64,000 nt of DNA, taken from Aquificaceae bacterium. Its GTDB lineage: Bacteria; Aquificota; Aquificia; Aquificales; Aquificaceae. Both the position numbers and the translations under genes were made by a program. Positions 31,233 to 41,069 of this stretch are shown here, one piece after another; within the stretch, counting starts at the first letter, position 1; each line of letters starts with the position of its first letter. The notes beneath the pieces are model-generated. The model saw only the letters and a list, made by a program, of their open reading frames with translations, ran no database searches and was not told the DNA's origin. The stretch lies in the NCBI GenBank assembly GCA_037925075.1, contig JAXSNR010000001.1, forward strand, positions 480,001-544,000, read 5' to 3'.

Positions 31233-34071
31233 GCTTTTCTTCCGTAGGTCCGGGCTTTCTTATGTGGTAGCCCTGTGCGTAGTCCACACCAAGGCTATGT
31301 AGTATATCAACAGTCTCTTGGTCCTCCACCTGTTCAGCAACGGTTTTTATACCAAGACTTTTAGCAATTTCCACCATGCTTTTTACAAAGGTTCTATCCA
31401 CAAGGGAATTCTTCATACTTCTTATAAACTCACCCTCAATCTTTAGAAGGTCTACGGGAAAATACTTAAGGTACGAAAAGGAGGCGTAGCCAGACCCAAA
31501 ATCGTCTATGGCAAACCTAAAGCCAGCTTCCTTTAAGCCTTTTAGAAAACTACTCACCCCGCCTATATCTTGTATTGCCTCCCTTTCTGTTATCTCAAAG
31601 ACTACGCTGTTAGGTTTAACACCATACATCTCCACCCTTTGCACCACATCCTTTATAAACTCCTCTGTGAGATCCTGAGGTGAGAGATTTATAAACAACA
31701 AAATACTTTCGTAACTGTCTAAGGTGGAAATCTGTTTAAACAACTGTTCTATTAAGGCAAGGTCTAACTTCCGGATAAGCCCCATCTCCTCTGCCATAGG
31801 TATAAACCTACCTGCAGGAAGAAGTTCACCATCTACTTTTAATCTCATTAGAGCTTCAAAGCCTTCAACTTTACCAGTACTCAGGTTAACTATATCCTGC
31901 AAGAACACATCTATAGACATCCTTTCAAGGCTTTCTAAGATAGCCCTTTCAACTCTTCTGAAGGATGTGTATATTTCTTTTACAGGTTCTTCCACAACCT
32001 TTATCCCCCCTTTACCCTCCTTCTTTATAGCATACATAAGGACTTCTCCAAGTGATATTATCTCTTCCTTAGTTTTTGCGTCCAGCGGATAACATATTAT
32101 CCCCAAACTCAAGCTAACATGGATCTCCGTATCCCCAAAAGGCAAAGGCATGTTAAAAACTTCCTGTCTCAACCTTTCTGCCACGTACTTAGCCACCATC
32201 TTATTGGCTTTAGGTAATATCACAGCAAACTCATCACCACCCAACCTACCAGCTATATCCAATTTTCTTATCTTACCTTTTATAAGCTCAGCAATGTGCT
32301 TAAGGGCCATGTCCCCCACATGGTACCCATAAGTATCGTTTATCACCTTGAAGTTATCCACATCAATAAAGAGCAAACATAGAGGTTCTCCAGATCTGTC
32401 AGCCTTTTCTATCTCATATTCAAGCATCTTTTCAAAGCTTTTTCTGTTGTATAGCATAGTTAGCGGGTCGTATTCGGTTAGAAACCTTATGTTTGCCTGG
32501 GCTTTCTCAAGGTCTTCTATAACCTTCATAAGCTTTACCACATGAAATAGCTGGTTACTGACCGTCTTTAGGAAAAGTAGCTCTTCCTTGTCAAAACTCG
32601 TATGTTTTCTCAAACCTATTACACCAGATTGATAAAAATTGCTTTCAAACTTACAGTACATATAATTGCCACCGAGTTGATACATCTCCGGGCTTTGCAT
32701 TATCTCTTCTAAAAGTTTATGGACTTTAAAATCTGGAAAGTTTGTCAAAAAACCAGAGGAAAACACTATTCTCTCTGGAAGTTCCGCATTCTTGTTCCAT
32801 ATATAAAAGATACTTCCATCCATCTTAAGCACGTAGTCCAGTCTCTCAAGCACCTGTTTAGAAAAGGTGTCTATGTTGTTGTAGGCTTGTGTGGCATACT
32901 CTGAAGTTTCCAAAAGAAGGTACAACCTATCAAGCTCCCTTGCTTTTTCTTCTATAGTTTTATCAAAGTTTATAAAGTTAAGAATATAGCCAAGGATTAG
33001 CCTTTCTGTGTTTATTACATGAAGCCTGTCAAGTGGGCTTTCTGGGAACTCACTAAGTGTGCTAACGACCAGGCAATTTTCATAAATACTGTAATGAGCT
33101 TCTTTATCAAAGTATTCACCGCCAAGACCTTCTATAAACTTAGTTAAACTGTTCAAGTCAATAGCACTTAGTTTATAGCCTTCTGGTCTATGAACCACAG
33201 CCACGAGCCTTCTTTCTTTAAGGTCGTATAAAAACATGGAATTAATCATATAAGCTGAGTCTTTATCCATTTCTAAAAGATAGAGCCCTTCCTTTACGGT
33301 GGGCTTTCCTCTTGCTATTTCAGTGAGCAGATTGCGTATTGATTTCATAATAAGCACAGCTTTTTGTATTACGTTAATGTAAATAACACCATAAGCTATG
33401 ATTAAATAAGCCAAAAACCTATAAAAAGAGGCAAGGACTATTAAAAAATCATAGAAGTGTTTATAAAGGACAAGGCTCAACGAAGATAGGGAAAGTAAAC
33501 CAAGAGCTGTAAAGAGATAAAGAGACAGTAGCTTTCCTAAGACCTTGTTCTTTATAACGTAAAGGACAAGCAAGAAATAAAGAACCACGGACAGAACATC
33601 AAAAGCATCTCTGTACCACGGCTGTCTTACACCTTCAATGTACAAAGCAGGGAGATGCTGGTAAAAGATGACTATCCAAAAGGAAGCTGTAAGAGAAAAG
33701 GCTGTTAAGGCTATATAAGCTCTTTGAGGAATATAGGCTTTTACCCTATCGTAAAATATAGAGACATAAAAGGCGAGCAAGACCAAGGTTCTTGATAAAA
33801 GAAACAGATAAGCAACCTTATCCCTTGTATTCTTTGTTATAAAGTCTGGGAAGAAAACAAAGGAAAGTATGTGGAAAAGGTCAGGTATAAGAGAGGGTAG
33901 CAGAAAAAGTCCTAAAACATGGATTCTTTCGCTTAAAAACCTTCTACCTAAGGCAAGTATGATTGCTACTAAAAATAAAAGGGTAAAAAAGGAGGTTAGT
34001 CTGAGAGTAGCTATCCAAAAGGCAAAGCTGGACCTCTCAAGTACAAGCTGATCCGCATAAAGATAAGACAA
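31207..34071 (-). CDS. Membrane sensor (MASE3-like) - GAF-like - GGDEF - EAL protein; true start probably 34124 with a frameshift
   Basis: Multiple TMs, DPLT, RKLD I-site, GGDEF, FEALMR, EITE, DDFGSG, KIEG. Confidence 0.9.
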   Translation of the reverse strand: MSYLYADQLVLERSSFAFWIATLRLTSFFTLLFLVAIILALGRRFLSERIHVLGLFLLPSLIPDLFHILSFVFFPDFITKNTRDKVAYLFLLSRTLVLLAFYVSIFYDRVKAYIPQRAYIALTAFSLTASFWIVIFYQHLPALYIEGVRQPWYRDAFDVLSVVLYFLLVLYVIKNKVLGKLLSLYLFTALGLLSLSSLSLVLYKHFYDFLIVLASFYRFLAYLIIAYGVIYINVIQKAVLIMKSIRNLLTEIARGKPTVKEGLYLLEMDKDSAYMINSMFLYDLKERRLVAVVHRPEGYKLSAIDLNSLTKFIEGLGGEYFDKEAHYSIYENCLVVSTLSEFPESPLDRLHVINTERLILGYILNFINFDKTIEEKARELDRLYLLLETSEYATQAYNNIDTFSKQVLERLDYVLKMDGSIFYIWNKNAELPERIVFSSGFLTNFPDFKVHKLLEEIMQSPEMYQLGGNYMYCKFESNFYQSGVIGLRKHTSFDKEELLFLKTVSNQLFHVVKLMKVIEDLEKAQANIRFLTEYDPLTMLYNRKSFEKMLEYEIEKADRSGEPLCLLFIDVDNFKVINDTYGYHVGDMALKHIAELIKGKIRKLDIAGRLGGDEFAVILPKANKMVAKYVAERLRQEVFNMPLPFGDTEIHVSLSLGIICYPLDAKTKEEIISLGEVLMYAIKKEGKGGIKVVEEPVKEIYTSFRRVERAILESLERMSIDVFLQDIVNLSTGKVEGFEALMRLKVDGELLPAGRFIPMAEEMGLIRKLDLALIEQLFKQISTLDSYESILLFINLSPQDLTEEFIKDVVQRVEMYGVKPNSVVFEITEREAIQDIGGVSSFLKGLKEAGFRFAIDDFGSGYASFSYLKYFPVDLLKIEGEFIRSMKNSLVDRTFVKSMVEIAKSLGIKTVAEQVEDQETVDILHSLGVDYAQGYHIRKPGPTEEKLKNLLSKG

Positions 34072-34123
34072 GAGCGTTAATAAAGTCCCCCCAACAAAAG
34101 AGCAAAGCTCATATGTTTATACA

Positions 34124-34810
34124 TCATATAACATTATAATCGTAAGAACCACTTGGAAGATTAGAGTTGATCAGCTTTAAAAGAAAATCCGCCACCATCT
34201 GTGGTGTTTTTAGTGTTCTTGGATCTTCATGAGGGTAAGCCTTTGCCCTCATCTGAGTTCTTGTGGCACCCGGATTAAGGGCATATACCTTTATACCTTT
34301 GTCCTTTAACTCTTCCGCAAGAAGAAGGCTAAAACCCTCCACTCCAAACTTGGAAACCGCGTAGGCTCCCCAGTAGGGTGCGGGTCTTTTGCCCGCACCG
34401 GAGGACATATTAACAATAATAGAGTCTTCTCTCATGTAAGGTAGTGCGTACTTTGTTATGTAAAAAACCCCGTTTATATTTACCCTTATAACCTCCTCCC
34501 ACACCTCTTCGGGATAATCTTGAACAGAAAGCCTTTCACCCAGTATGCTTGCGTTGTTTACAAGTAGTTCAATGCCACCCATCCTTTCCACACAGAAAAG
34601 CACAAACTCCTTGGCGGAATTTTTATCTTCCACGTGGCAAGCCTTCGTGTGGAGAAGCTTAGGATTTTTTAGTTCCTCTTTCAGTTTGATTAGGTCTTCT
34701 TCTTTCCTTGAGCAGGTGCAAACCTGCCAGCCCTCACTTATTAGCCTTTCCACTATAGCCCTTCCTATGCCCCTGCTTCCCCCTGTTATTATCGCCCTTT
34801 TGTAGTCCAT
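34124..34810 (-). CDS. Short-chain dehydrogenase/reductase (YciK-like)
   Basis: TGGSRGIG, NNA, YAVSK, NPGATRTQMRAKAYP. Confidence 0.92.
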   Translation of the reverse strand: MDYKRAIITGGSRGIGRAIVERLISEGWQVCTCSRKEEDLIKLKEELKNPKLLHTKACHVEDKNSAKEFVLFCVERMGGIELLVNNASILGERLSVQDYPEEVWEEVIRVNINGVFYITKYALPYMREDSIIVNMSSGAGKRPAPYWGAYAVSKFGVEGFSLLLAEELKDKGIKVYALNPGATRTQMRAKAYPHEDPRTLKTPQMVADFLLKLINSNLPSGSYDYNVI

Positions 34811-34854
34811 GCTTATATTTTAAGGATATAATAAAAACCTTAAGGAGGTAAGGC

Positions 34855-35529
34855 ATGCTTCTAAACCTTGAAGTAAGAACACAGCTTAAGGACATCTTCT
34901 CAAAGGAGCTCAAAGAACAGGTGAACCTAAAGCTCTTCTCTCAGGCTATAGGCTGTGAAACCTGTCAAATTGCAGAAGAGCTTCTAAAAGAGCTTGCAGA
35001 GGTAGAGCCAGAAAAGATAAAACTGGAAATCTATTCCCCCCTTGTGGACAGAGAAATCAGCCAGAAGTATGGCATTGAGAGGGTACCCACCATAGTGATA
35101 GAGGGGGATAAGGACTATGGCATACGTTATGTGGGTCTTCCCGCAGGGCTTGAGTTTACAACTCTTGTTCAGGGTGTGGTGCAGGTCTCAAAGAGAGAGC
35201 CCAAGCTTTCCGAAAGAACCATAGAAATGCTCCAAAACATAGACATCCCTATGGAAATTATGGTCTTTGTAACCACATCCTGTGGATACTGTCCATCCGC
35301 AGCCATAACCGCCATGAACTTTGCAATGGCAAACGACAACATAAAAGCTATGATAGTTGACGCAAGCGAGAACATGGACCTTGCGGAAAGGTTTCAGGTG
35401 GTTGGTGTGCCAAAGATAGTGATAAACAGAGGAGTGGTGGAGTTTGTAGGAGCTCAGCCGGAGAACAACTTTCTTGGTTATGTGATATCCGCCTACGAAA
35501 AGCTAAGGAGAGAAAATGGACAGGCTTGA
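34855..35529 (+). CDS. Protein disulfide oxidoreductase with two thioredoxin folds
   Basis: CETC and CGYC, RVP and GVP cis-Pro loops; SD AGGAGG. Confidence 0.92.
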   Translation: MLLNLEVRTQLKDIFSKELKEQVNLKLFSQAIGCETCQIAEELLKELAEVEPEKIKLEIYSPLVDREISQKYGIERVPTIVIEGDKDYGIRYVGLPAGLEFTTLVQGVVQVSKREPKLSERTIEMLQNIDIPMEIMVFVTTSCGYCPSAAITAMNFAMANDNIKAMIVDASENMDLAERFQVVGVPKIVINRGVVEFVGAQPENNFLGYVISAYEKLRRENGQA

Positions 35530-35839
35530 GTATTTTAAGAGCCTTTTGGAAAAGACGCCAGACAACCCTATGGTGCATTACTCCTTAGCCCTCGAATACT
35601 ACAAACTCAAAGACTATCAAAATACCATAAGGCATATGCAAGAATACCTGAAACTGAAAGAGGACGAAGGGGCAGGATATAGGATTCTTGCAAGGTGCTA
35701 TGAGGAGCTTGGAGAGTATGAAAAGGCAATGCAGGTGCTTGAAGAGGGTATTCAAAAGGCTTTGAAATACAACCATCCCAGCATGGCGGAGGAGTTTAGG
35801 TCTTGGATAGAACAGTTAAAACAATTACAATCCTTTTAG
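35516..35839 (+). CDS. Small TPR protein
   Basis: PDNPMVHYSLALEY and YRILARCYEELG TPR patterns. Confidence 0.85.
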   Translation: MDRLEYFKSLLEKTPDNPMVHYSLALEYYKLKDYQNTIRHMQEYLKLKEDEGAGYRILARCYEELGEYEKAMQVLEEGIQKALKYNHPSMAEEFRSWIEQLKQLQSF

Positions 35840-36564
35840 GCTTCGTCTTTTTATCCTTTTCTCAAGAACTAAAAGCTTGCTACAGAGCTTATTTATTTTT
35901 ACTACCCGTTGCGGAAACTTGCATAACCTACAAACAGCAAAATAACCACCTTAAGGTGGAGAGCTTTGTAAAAACCATAAACGTGGGCAGGTTGGTAAAG
36001 AGGGTTTACAACAGAGGTGGTGCGGAGGTGGAGGTTCCTGAGCTTTCTCCAAGACACTTTACCTACTATCAGGAAGAGGGAGAGTTCAAAAGGTACCAAG
36101 AGTACACCTTTGGCAACGGTAAGATAAAGGTCCTTGAGATAAAGTATGTAAAGCTTAGCGACCAAGTTGAAAAGAAAGAAGAAAAGGAATACTCCTACAA
36201 AGGCTTTGTAGACCCATACACAGCCAGCCTTATTCTTTATAGAGAAAGTGCAAAGGTGGAAAAGGGAACTGTAAAGATGTTTTACGACGACAAGGAATAT
36301 TGGCTACCCTACAGCCTTGTGGGAAGGGAAAGGATAGATACGCCAGCAGGTTCCTTTACGGCAAGAAGGGTGGAGGTATATCCCAATATAGAGACAAAAG
36401 GGCTATTGAAACCAAAAGGTATATGGTATCTTTGGATAGACGAAGACACCAACTTGCCTGTTAGGATGGAGCTAAAGTTTGTAATAGGTTCAGCTTCTGC
36501 TAGGCTTGAAAGGATTGAGGGAGATAAATACCTTCTGAGAAGTATCTTAAGTGCAAAGAGATAG
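35803..36564 (+). CDS. Exported DUF3108-like protein
   Basis: Signal-like N-terminus, ERIDTPAGSF, LWIDEDTNLPVRM; start uncertain. Confidence 0.75.
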   Translation: MDRTVKTITILLGFVFLSFSQELKACYRAYLFLLPVAETCITYKQQNNHLKVESFVKTINVGRLVKRVYNRGGAEVEVPELSPRHFTYYQEEGEFKRYQEYTFGNGKIKVLEIKYVKLSDQVEKKEEKEYSYKGFVDPYTASLILYRESAKVEKGTVKMFYDDKEYWLPYSLVGRERIDTPAGSFTARRVEVYPNIETKGLLKPKGIWYLWIDEDTNLPVRMELKFVIGSASARLERIEGDKYLLRSILSAKR

Positions 36565-36580
36565 GGGGCTTATAGCCCCC
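36564..36580. terminator. GC hairpin between convergent genes
   Basis: GGGGGCT-TAT-AGCCCCC. Confidence 0.6.
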
Positions 36581-36589
36581 AAGAGGTGA

Positions 36590-36826
36590 TTACTTCTTCT
36601 GTTCAGCAGGAGCACCTTCCTTCTTTTCTTCTTTCTTCTGCTCTGCAGCTTTCTTCTTAGCCTTCTTTTGCTCCTTCTTTTGTTCCTGTTTTTGTTCTTG
36701 CTTTTGCTCCTGCTTTTGCTCAGCTGCAGGTTTTGCTGGTTCTGCAGGCTTTGCTGGCTGTGCTTGCTGTGCCATTGCTGCACCTGTGAAGGCTACTGCA
36801 AGTAGTAGTGAAAGAACCTTCTTCAT
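36590..36826 (-). CDS. Small secreted low-complexity protein (PAKPA, QKQE repeats, Lys-rich)
   Basis: SD AAGGAGG, signal peptide MKKVLSLLLAVAFTGAAMA. Confidence 0.85.
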   Translation of the reverse strand: MKKVLSLLLAVAFTGAAMAQQAQPAKPAEPAKPAAEQKQEQKQEQKQEQKKEQKKAKKKAAEQKKEEKKEGAPAEQKK

Positions 36827-36859
36827 ACCTATACCTCCTTTAGGTTTTTGATGGATAAA

Positions 36860-36892
36860 AGCATACAAGGAGAAAGATGAAAATTTAATGAA
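36860..36892 (-). promoter_or_regulatory. Tandem direct repeat (11-bp period) plus -10 box
   Basis: Minus strand TTCATT-AAATT-TTCATC-N10-TATGCT. Confidence 0.55.
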
Positions 36893-36896
36893 AAAT

Positions 36897-37745
36897 TTAG
36901 AGCCTCTGTTTAAGGAGCAGTAGGGCTATCTGATAAAGCACCGATGTAAAACCTACAGAATAGTAGAAGGTATGATGGTGACCAACAAACAGCACAAGCA
37001 GGTAAGCAACACCCATAAGTACCAGAGGGGAAAGGGCATTGAATAAGCTTAGTAGGTAAGCCCTTGAGAAGGACTTTTTGTCTTGGTAAACTATAGTGCC
37101 TAGGTTGAGCTTGTAAACTTCAAAATCCGTGGCAAAGGTTTTGTTTCCCCTCTGCGTAAGAAGTGAACCCTTCTTGAAGGTTATCTCACCAGCATTTACT
37201 GTAGCACTTTTGGCTATAACCACGCCTTCATAAAACTTGAAAAACACCCCTTCCATAGTATTCCCATCCCTTTTCTCCACATAAAGGGTGAACTGTCCAA
37301 AATTTTGAAAACTCTTAGGTGGTATTGAGGTAATTATAAAAGCGTAGTACTTGAGCATAAGCTGTTTTCTCACAAAACTTATATCCTCCTCTTTTATCAT
37401 GTAAAAAACACAAAGAAGACTAAAAATAACTGGAAGTAAAAGCATTAAGCTTTTTATATATAGGCTGATTGGTTTAAGGCCAAAAGACTGTATTACTTGT
37501 AGTTTTTTGCTTTCCCTTAGCTCAAAAAGGTTGATTGCAAAGGATATAAAAAGGGCTGTTGGAAGCATGTATGAAAAGTAAAAGAAAAACCACAGCAGAA
37601 AAAAGGGTAAAGAATCCTGTAGAGGTAGTTGAAATAATATCTGATCAAATCTAAATATCTGAAAGATGAGAAACAAAAAGGTAAAAAGCGAACTTATAAG
37701 AACACCAAGTTTAAAAAACCTCCAGAAAAACCATCTGAATATCAT
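36897..37745 (-). CDS. LptF/LptG-family LPS export permease (short)
   Basis: LPTALFIS...LRESKKLQVIQSFGL, beta-jellyroll-like periplasmic region. Confidence 0.8.
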   Translation of the reverse strand: MIFRWFFWRFFKLGVLISSLFTFLFLIFQIFRFDQILFQLPLQDSLPFFLLWFFFYFSYMLPTALFISFAINLFELRESKKLQVIQSFGLKPISLYIKSLMLLLPVIFSLLCVFYMIKEEDISFVRKQLMLKYYAFIITSIPPKSFQNFGQFTLYVEKRDGNTMEGVFFKFYEGVVIAKSATVNAGEITFKKGSLLTQRGNKTFATDFEVYKLNLGTIVYQDKKSFSRAYLLSLFNALSPLVLMGVAYLLVLFVGHHHTFYYSVGFTSVLYQIALLLLKQRL

Positions 37746-39379
37746 CTAAGTTTAAGCTTGCTTTTTAGCCTCTCCTTTTGGTTTGGCTCCCCCCTTTTGC
37801 CCTTCAAAAGAAGCTCATAAGCCTTTTTGTAGTATTCGTAGGCTTCTTTTTCCCGTCCCAGTTTAACAAGGACATCTCCCATGTGTTCATAAAGGACTGG
37901 GTCTTCCTTTTCTTTTTCAAGAGCCTTAAGAAGTAGCTCCTTTGCCCTTATGTAATCCCCACGATAATAAAGGACCCATGCCATGCTATCTATGTATGCT
38001 GGGTTCTCTGGATCCTTTTCCAAGGCTCTTTTTATGAGTTTTTCTGCCTCATCCGCCCTTGCACTTTCATACCACATAAGAAGGGAATAACCTAAATGGT
38101 TCAAAAGCTCTGGGTCATCGGGGTTTAGCTCAAGAGCTTTCCTGAGGTCCTCCTCCGCAGACAGGATTTTACCCCCCTTATCATAAACTACCGCCCTAAG
38201 AAAATATCCCCTGTAGTCCTTTGGGTTTATCTCCACCGCCTTGTTTATGTATTTAAGGGCTTCCTGAAGCTCTTCCCTTTCGCTGTATAGATTCCCCATA
38301 AGCAGGTTAAGCTGATAGTTGTTTGGGTCCATGGCAAGGGCATTTTTGAGTAGCTCCTCAGCCTTTTGATATTCTTTCCTATCTATGTATATGCCCGCTA
38401 TTCTTTCAAGGACCTTCGGGTTGTTTCCAACCTTTTTTTGAAGGTCTAAATATATGCCAAGAGCCTTATCGGTTTCCTTTTCATACTCAAGAAGTAGTGC
38501 GTAGGTGTAAGCCACATCTGGATTGTCTGGGTTTTCCCTGTAGAGTTTTTCCAAAATTTCCCTTGCCTTTTTGGTTTCCCCTGACCTGATGAGAATAAGG
38601 CTTTGCTGATACAGGTAATTTCCATCTGGGTAAAGCTCTGATAGCTTTTGATAGACATCTTTTGCCTCTTCGTACCTGCCTGTTATGGTGTATATGTGGG
38701 CAAGCCTTTCTAAAGCACTTCTGTTAGTAGGCTCCTGCTTGAGTATGTCCTTGTAGAGGCTTTCCGCCCTTGAGTATTCTCCTCTTTGTTCGTATATGCT
38801 TCCAAGAGTTATAAAGCCTGCTTCAAAGGTGCCTTTTACCTTGAGAGACTTTTCTAAGTATTCTATTGCTTCTTGTTGTTTTCCTTCAGAAAGGGCGATA
38901 CGGGCAAGCATAAAGTAGGGAAAGGGATTATCTGGACTAACCTGTGCAAGTCTTAAAAGCACACTGCGAGCCTTTGCAAGCTCACCTCTTCTTAGATATT
39001 CCTCAGCCAAAAATACCATTATCTCCTTAGATTCAGGGTTTTTTGAATAGCCCTCCTCAAGAGCCTTCAAAGCTTTGTCCGTTTCTCTTCTTATACTGTG
39101 TACGCTATGAAGCAGTAAGTAGGGATCGGGTATGTTGGGATACCTTGACCTAAATTCGTTGGCTATTTTAAGTGCAGTATCGCTTTTTTTAAGCTTGAGT
39201 GCTAACCTTACTGTATCCACATACAGAGTGGGCGTGGGTGCCCTTTCAAGGGCTCTAAGGCAATATGATTCCGCCTTTGCGGGAGCATCCTCCTGATAAA
39301 GCCTACAAAAAAGGTAATCAGAGTATGGATTATAAGCAAAAGCTAAGCCTACAAGCATAAGGGAAAAAAGTATTTTCAT
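37742..39379 (-). CDS. Exported multi-TPR protein
   Basis: Signal peptide, many TPRs, LNHLGYS...YIDSMAWV...EHMGDV. Confidence 0.9.
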   Translation of the reverse strand: MKILFSLMLVGLAFAYNPYSDYLFCRLYQEDAPAKAESYCLRALERAPTPTLYVDTVRLALKLKKSDTALKIANEFRSRYPNIPDPYLLLHSVHSIRRETDKALKALEEGYSKNPESKEIMVFLAEEYLRRGELAKARSVLLRLAQVSPDNPFPYFMLARIALSEGKQQEAIEYLEKSLKVKGTFEAGFITLGSIYEQRGEYSRAESLYKDILKQEPTNRSALERLAHIYTITGRYEEAKDVYQKLSELYPDGNYLYQQSLILIRSGETKKAREILEKLYRENPDNPDVAYTYALLLEYEKETDKALGIYLDLQKKVGNNPKVLERIAGIYIDRKEYQKAEELLKNALAMDPNNYQLNLLMGNLYSEREELQEALKYINKAVEINPKDYRGYFLRAVVYDKGGKILSAEEDLRKALELNPDDPELLNHLGYSLLMWYESARADEAEKLIKRALEKDPENPAYIDSMAWVLYYRGDYIRAKELLLKALEKEKEDPVLYEHMGDVLVKLGREKEAYEYYKKAYELLLKGKRGEPNQKERLKSKLKLR

Positions 39380-40254
39380 TCTAAACTCCTATGTATAAGC
39401 AAAGGAAGGTCCAAAGACTTTAGAAGCTCTGAAGAGGTGCTTCCGAGAAGCACCCTTTTAAGTCCAGATAGTCCTCTGCTTCCCAAAACCACCATGTTAA
39501 TGTCTGGGTTTTCCTTCAAAAAGTTCCTTATACCATCCGCCGGCGACCTGTCCTCAAGCAAGTAAGATGATGCTTCAAAGCCAAACTCCTTTAGCCATTT
39601 TTCAATTTCCTTTATGTGTTTGACCTTTTCTTCTCTGTACTTCTCACTCAAAACATCTTTTATTGACTCAACAACGGGCAGTTCTATGGTTTCTTCCACA
39701 TGCAGGAGGATCATGTGAGGAGAAAAGGGCTTTAGAAGGTTTACCGCAAAGTCAAGGGCTTTTCTGGCATGTTCTGAGAGGTCATATCCCACAAGCACCT
39801 TTTTTATACCTTCTGGCTCTCTCCCTTTTAAAACAAACACTGGCTTTTTTGAGTATTTGACCACCTTTTCTGCGGTTGAGCCTATCAGTATCCTTTCCAC
39901 AAGACCCTTTTTGTGGCTTCCCATAAAAACAAGGTCATAAGCCTCTTCCCTTTCTAAAACAGTCTCCGCAGGATCACCAATCTCCACAAAGACTTCCACC
40001 TCCAAGGGCTTTAGGAATTCTACAAGGGCTTTTAACCTTTCTTTTGCCTCTTCCTTCTTTTTTTCCTGAAGCTCTGCAAGAAGCTCAAGGTCTACAGTGC
40101 TCATACCAAAGCTCTCTGGATATGGAAGGTAAAGGACAGGAGAAACCACATGAAGGAGATGCACCTGTGCACCGTGAGCCTGAGCAAAAAGCTTAACTAC
40201 CCTAAGAAGTGGGTTTGTTATCTCTGTAAAATCAACAGGTACAAGGAACTTCAT
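39376..40254 (-). CDS. Tandem-domain universal stress protein
   Basis: LVPVDF...GSH...IGSTAEKVV and VGYDLS...GSRG...LGSTS. Confidence 0.93.
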   Translation of the reverse strand: MKFLVPVDFTEITNPLLRVVKLFAQAHGAQVHLLHVVSPVLYLPYPESFGMSTVDLELLAELQEKKKEEAKERLKALVEFLKPLEVEVFVEIGDPAETVLEREEAYDLVFMGSHKKGLVERILIGSTAEKVVKYSKKPVFVLKGREPEGIKKVLVGYDLSEHARKALDFAVNLLKPFSPHMILLHVEETIELPVVESIKDVLSEKYREEKVKHIKEIEKWLKEFGFEASSYLLEDRSPADGIRNFLKENPDINMVVLGSRGLSGLKRVLLGSTSSELLKSLDLPLLIHRSLE

Positions 40255-40268
40255 AATAGCCTCCCATT

Positions 40269-41069
40269 TTATAAACGGATTTCATTAAACTCCTCAAGGT
40301 TTAATTTAATTACTTCTTCTATAAAAGGAAAGCAAAGCTCATTTCCTGCGTAAACGTCTGTTGCGGTAGAAAAGCCCTTTGTAAGTGCCACCTTTGCACC
40401 CGCTTCTTTTGCTATAAGAGAGCCAGCGACCACATCCCAAGGGTTCAGCTCAAACTCCAAAAGCCCATCAAAGACACCCTCCGCAAGAAGGCAAAGGTCT
40501 ACCGCCGCCGCACCCGGCCTTCTCATGGCACCAACCTTATCAAAGACCTCCCTAAAGATATTCCAGTAGGAGTTTATGTTTCTTTTTGCCCTTGAAGGAT
40601 AGCCGTAGGCTACGTAGCACTGCTTTAATTGGCTTTTTTGCCTTACCCTTATGGGCTTTCCATTTTTGAAGGCACCGCCACCTTCCATAGCCCAGTATAG
40701 ACTGTCAAAAACTGGCAAATAGACCGCCCCCACAAGAGGCTTTCCTCTGTAAAGGAGTCCCACAGAGGTGCCAAAGATGGGAAAGCCAGCTATGTAGTTC
40801 TTTGTTCCGTCAAGTGGGTCTATGTACCAAACATACTCGCCATCCGCAGAGCCTCCATCCTCTTCCCCCACCACCTTATGGTCTGGCAAATACCTGTTTA
40901 TGTGCTCTCTAATGGCTTCTTCCGAAAGCTTGTCCGCAAGGCTATAAACATCCTTTTCACCCTTTTCCATTACAAGGTTTTCCTCTTTTTTGTAAAACTC
41001 CTTTAACACCTGCCCTCCGAGAAGGCTTGCCCCCTTTGCCACCTTTAAAAAGAACTCAACCTCACGCAT
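40269..41069 (-). CDS. suhB: Inositol monophosphatase family (SuhB)
   Basis: GEE, DPLDGTKNY, RRPGAAAVDL, PWDVVAG. Confidence 0.9.
   Translation of the reverse strand: MREVEFFLKVAKGASLLGGQVLKEFYKKEENLVMEKGEKDVYSLADKLSEEAIREHINRYLPDHKVVGEEDGGSADGEYVWYIDPLDGTKNYIAGFPIFGTSVGLLYRGKPLVGAVYLPVFDSLYWAMEGGGAFKNGKPIRVRQKSQLKQCYVAYGYPSRAKRNINSYWNIFREVFDKVGAMRRPGAAAVDLCLLAEGVFDGLLEFELNPWDVVAGSLIAKEAGAKVALTKGFSTATDVYAGNELCFPFIEEVIKLNLEEFNEIRL

Noticed and set aside
36680..36770. Short tandem repeats as a CRISPR array or VNTR element
   Set aside because: They are coding repeats (QKQE, PAKPA) without spacers
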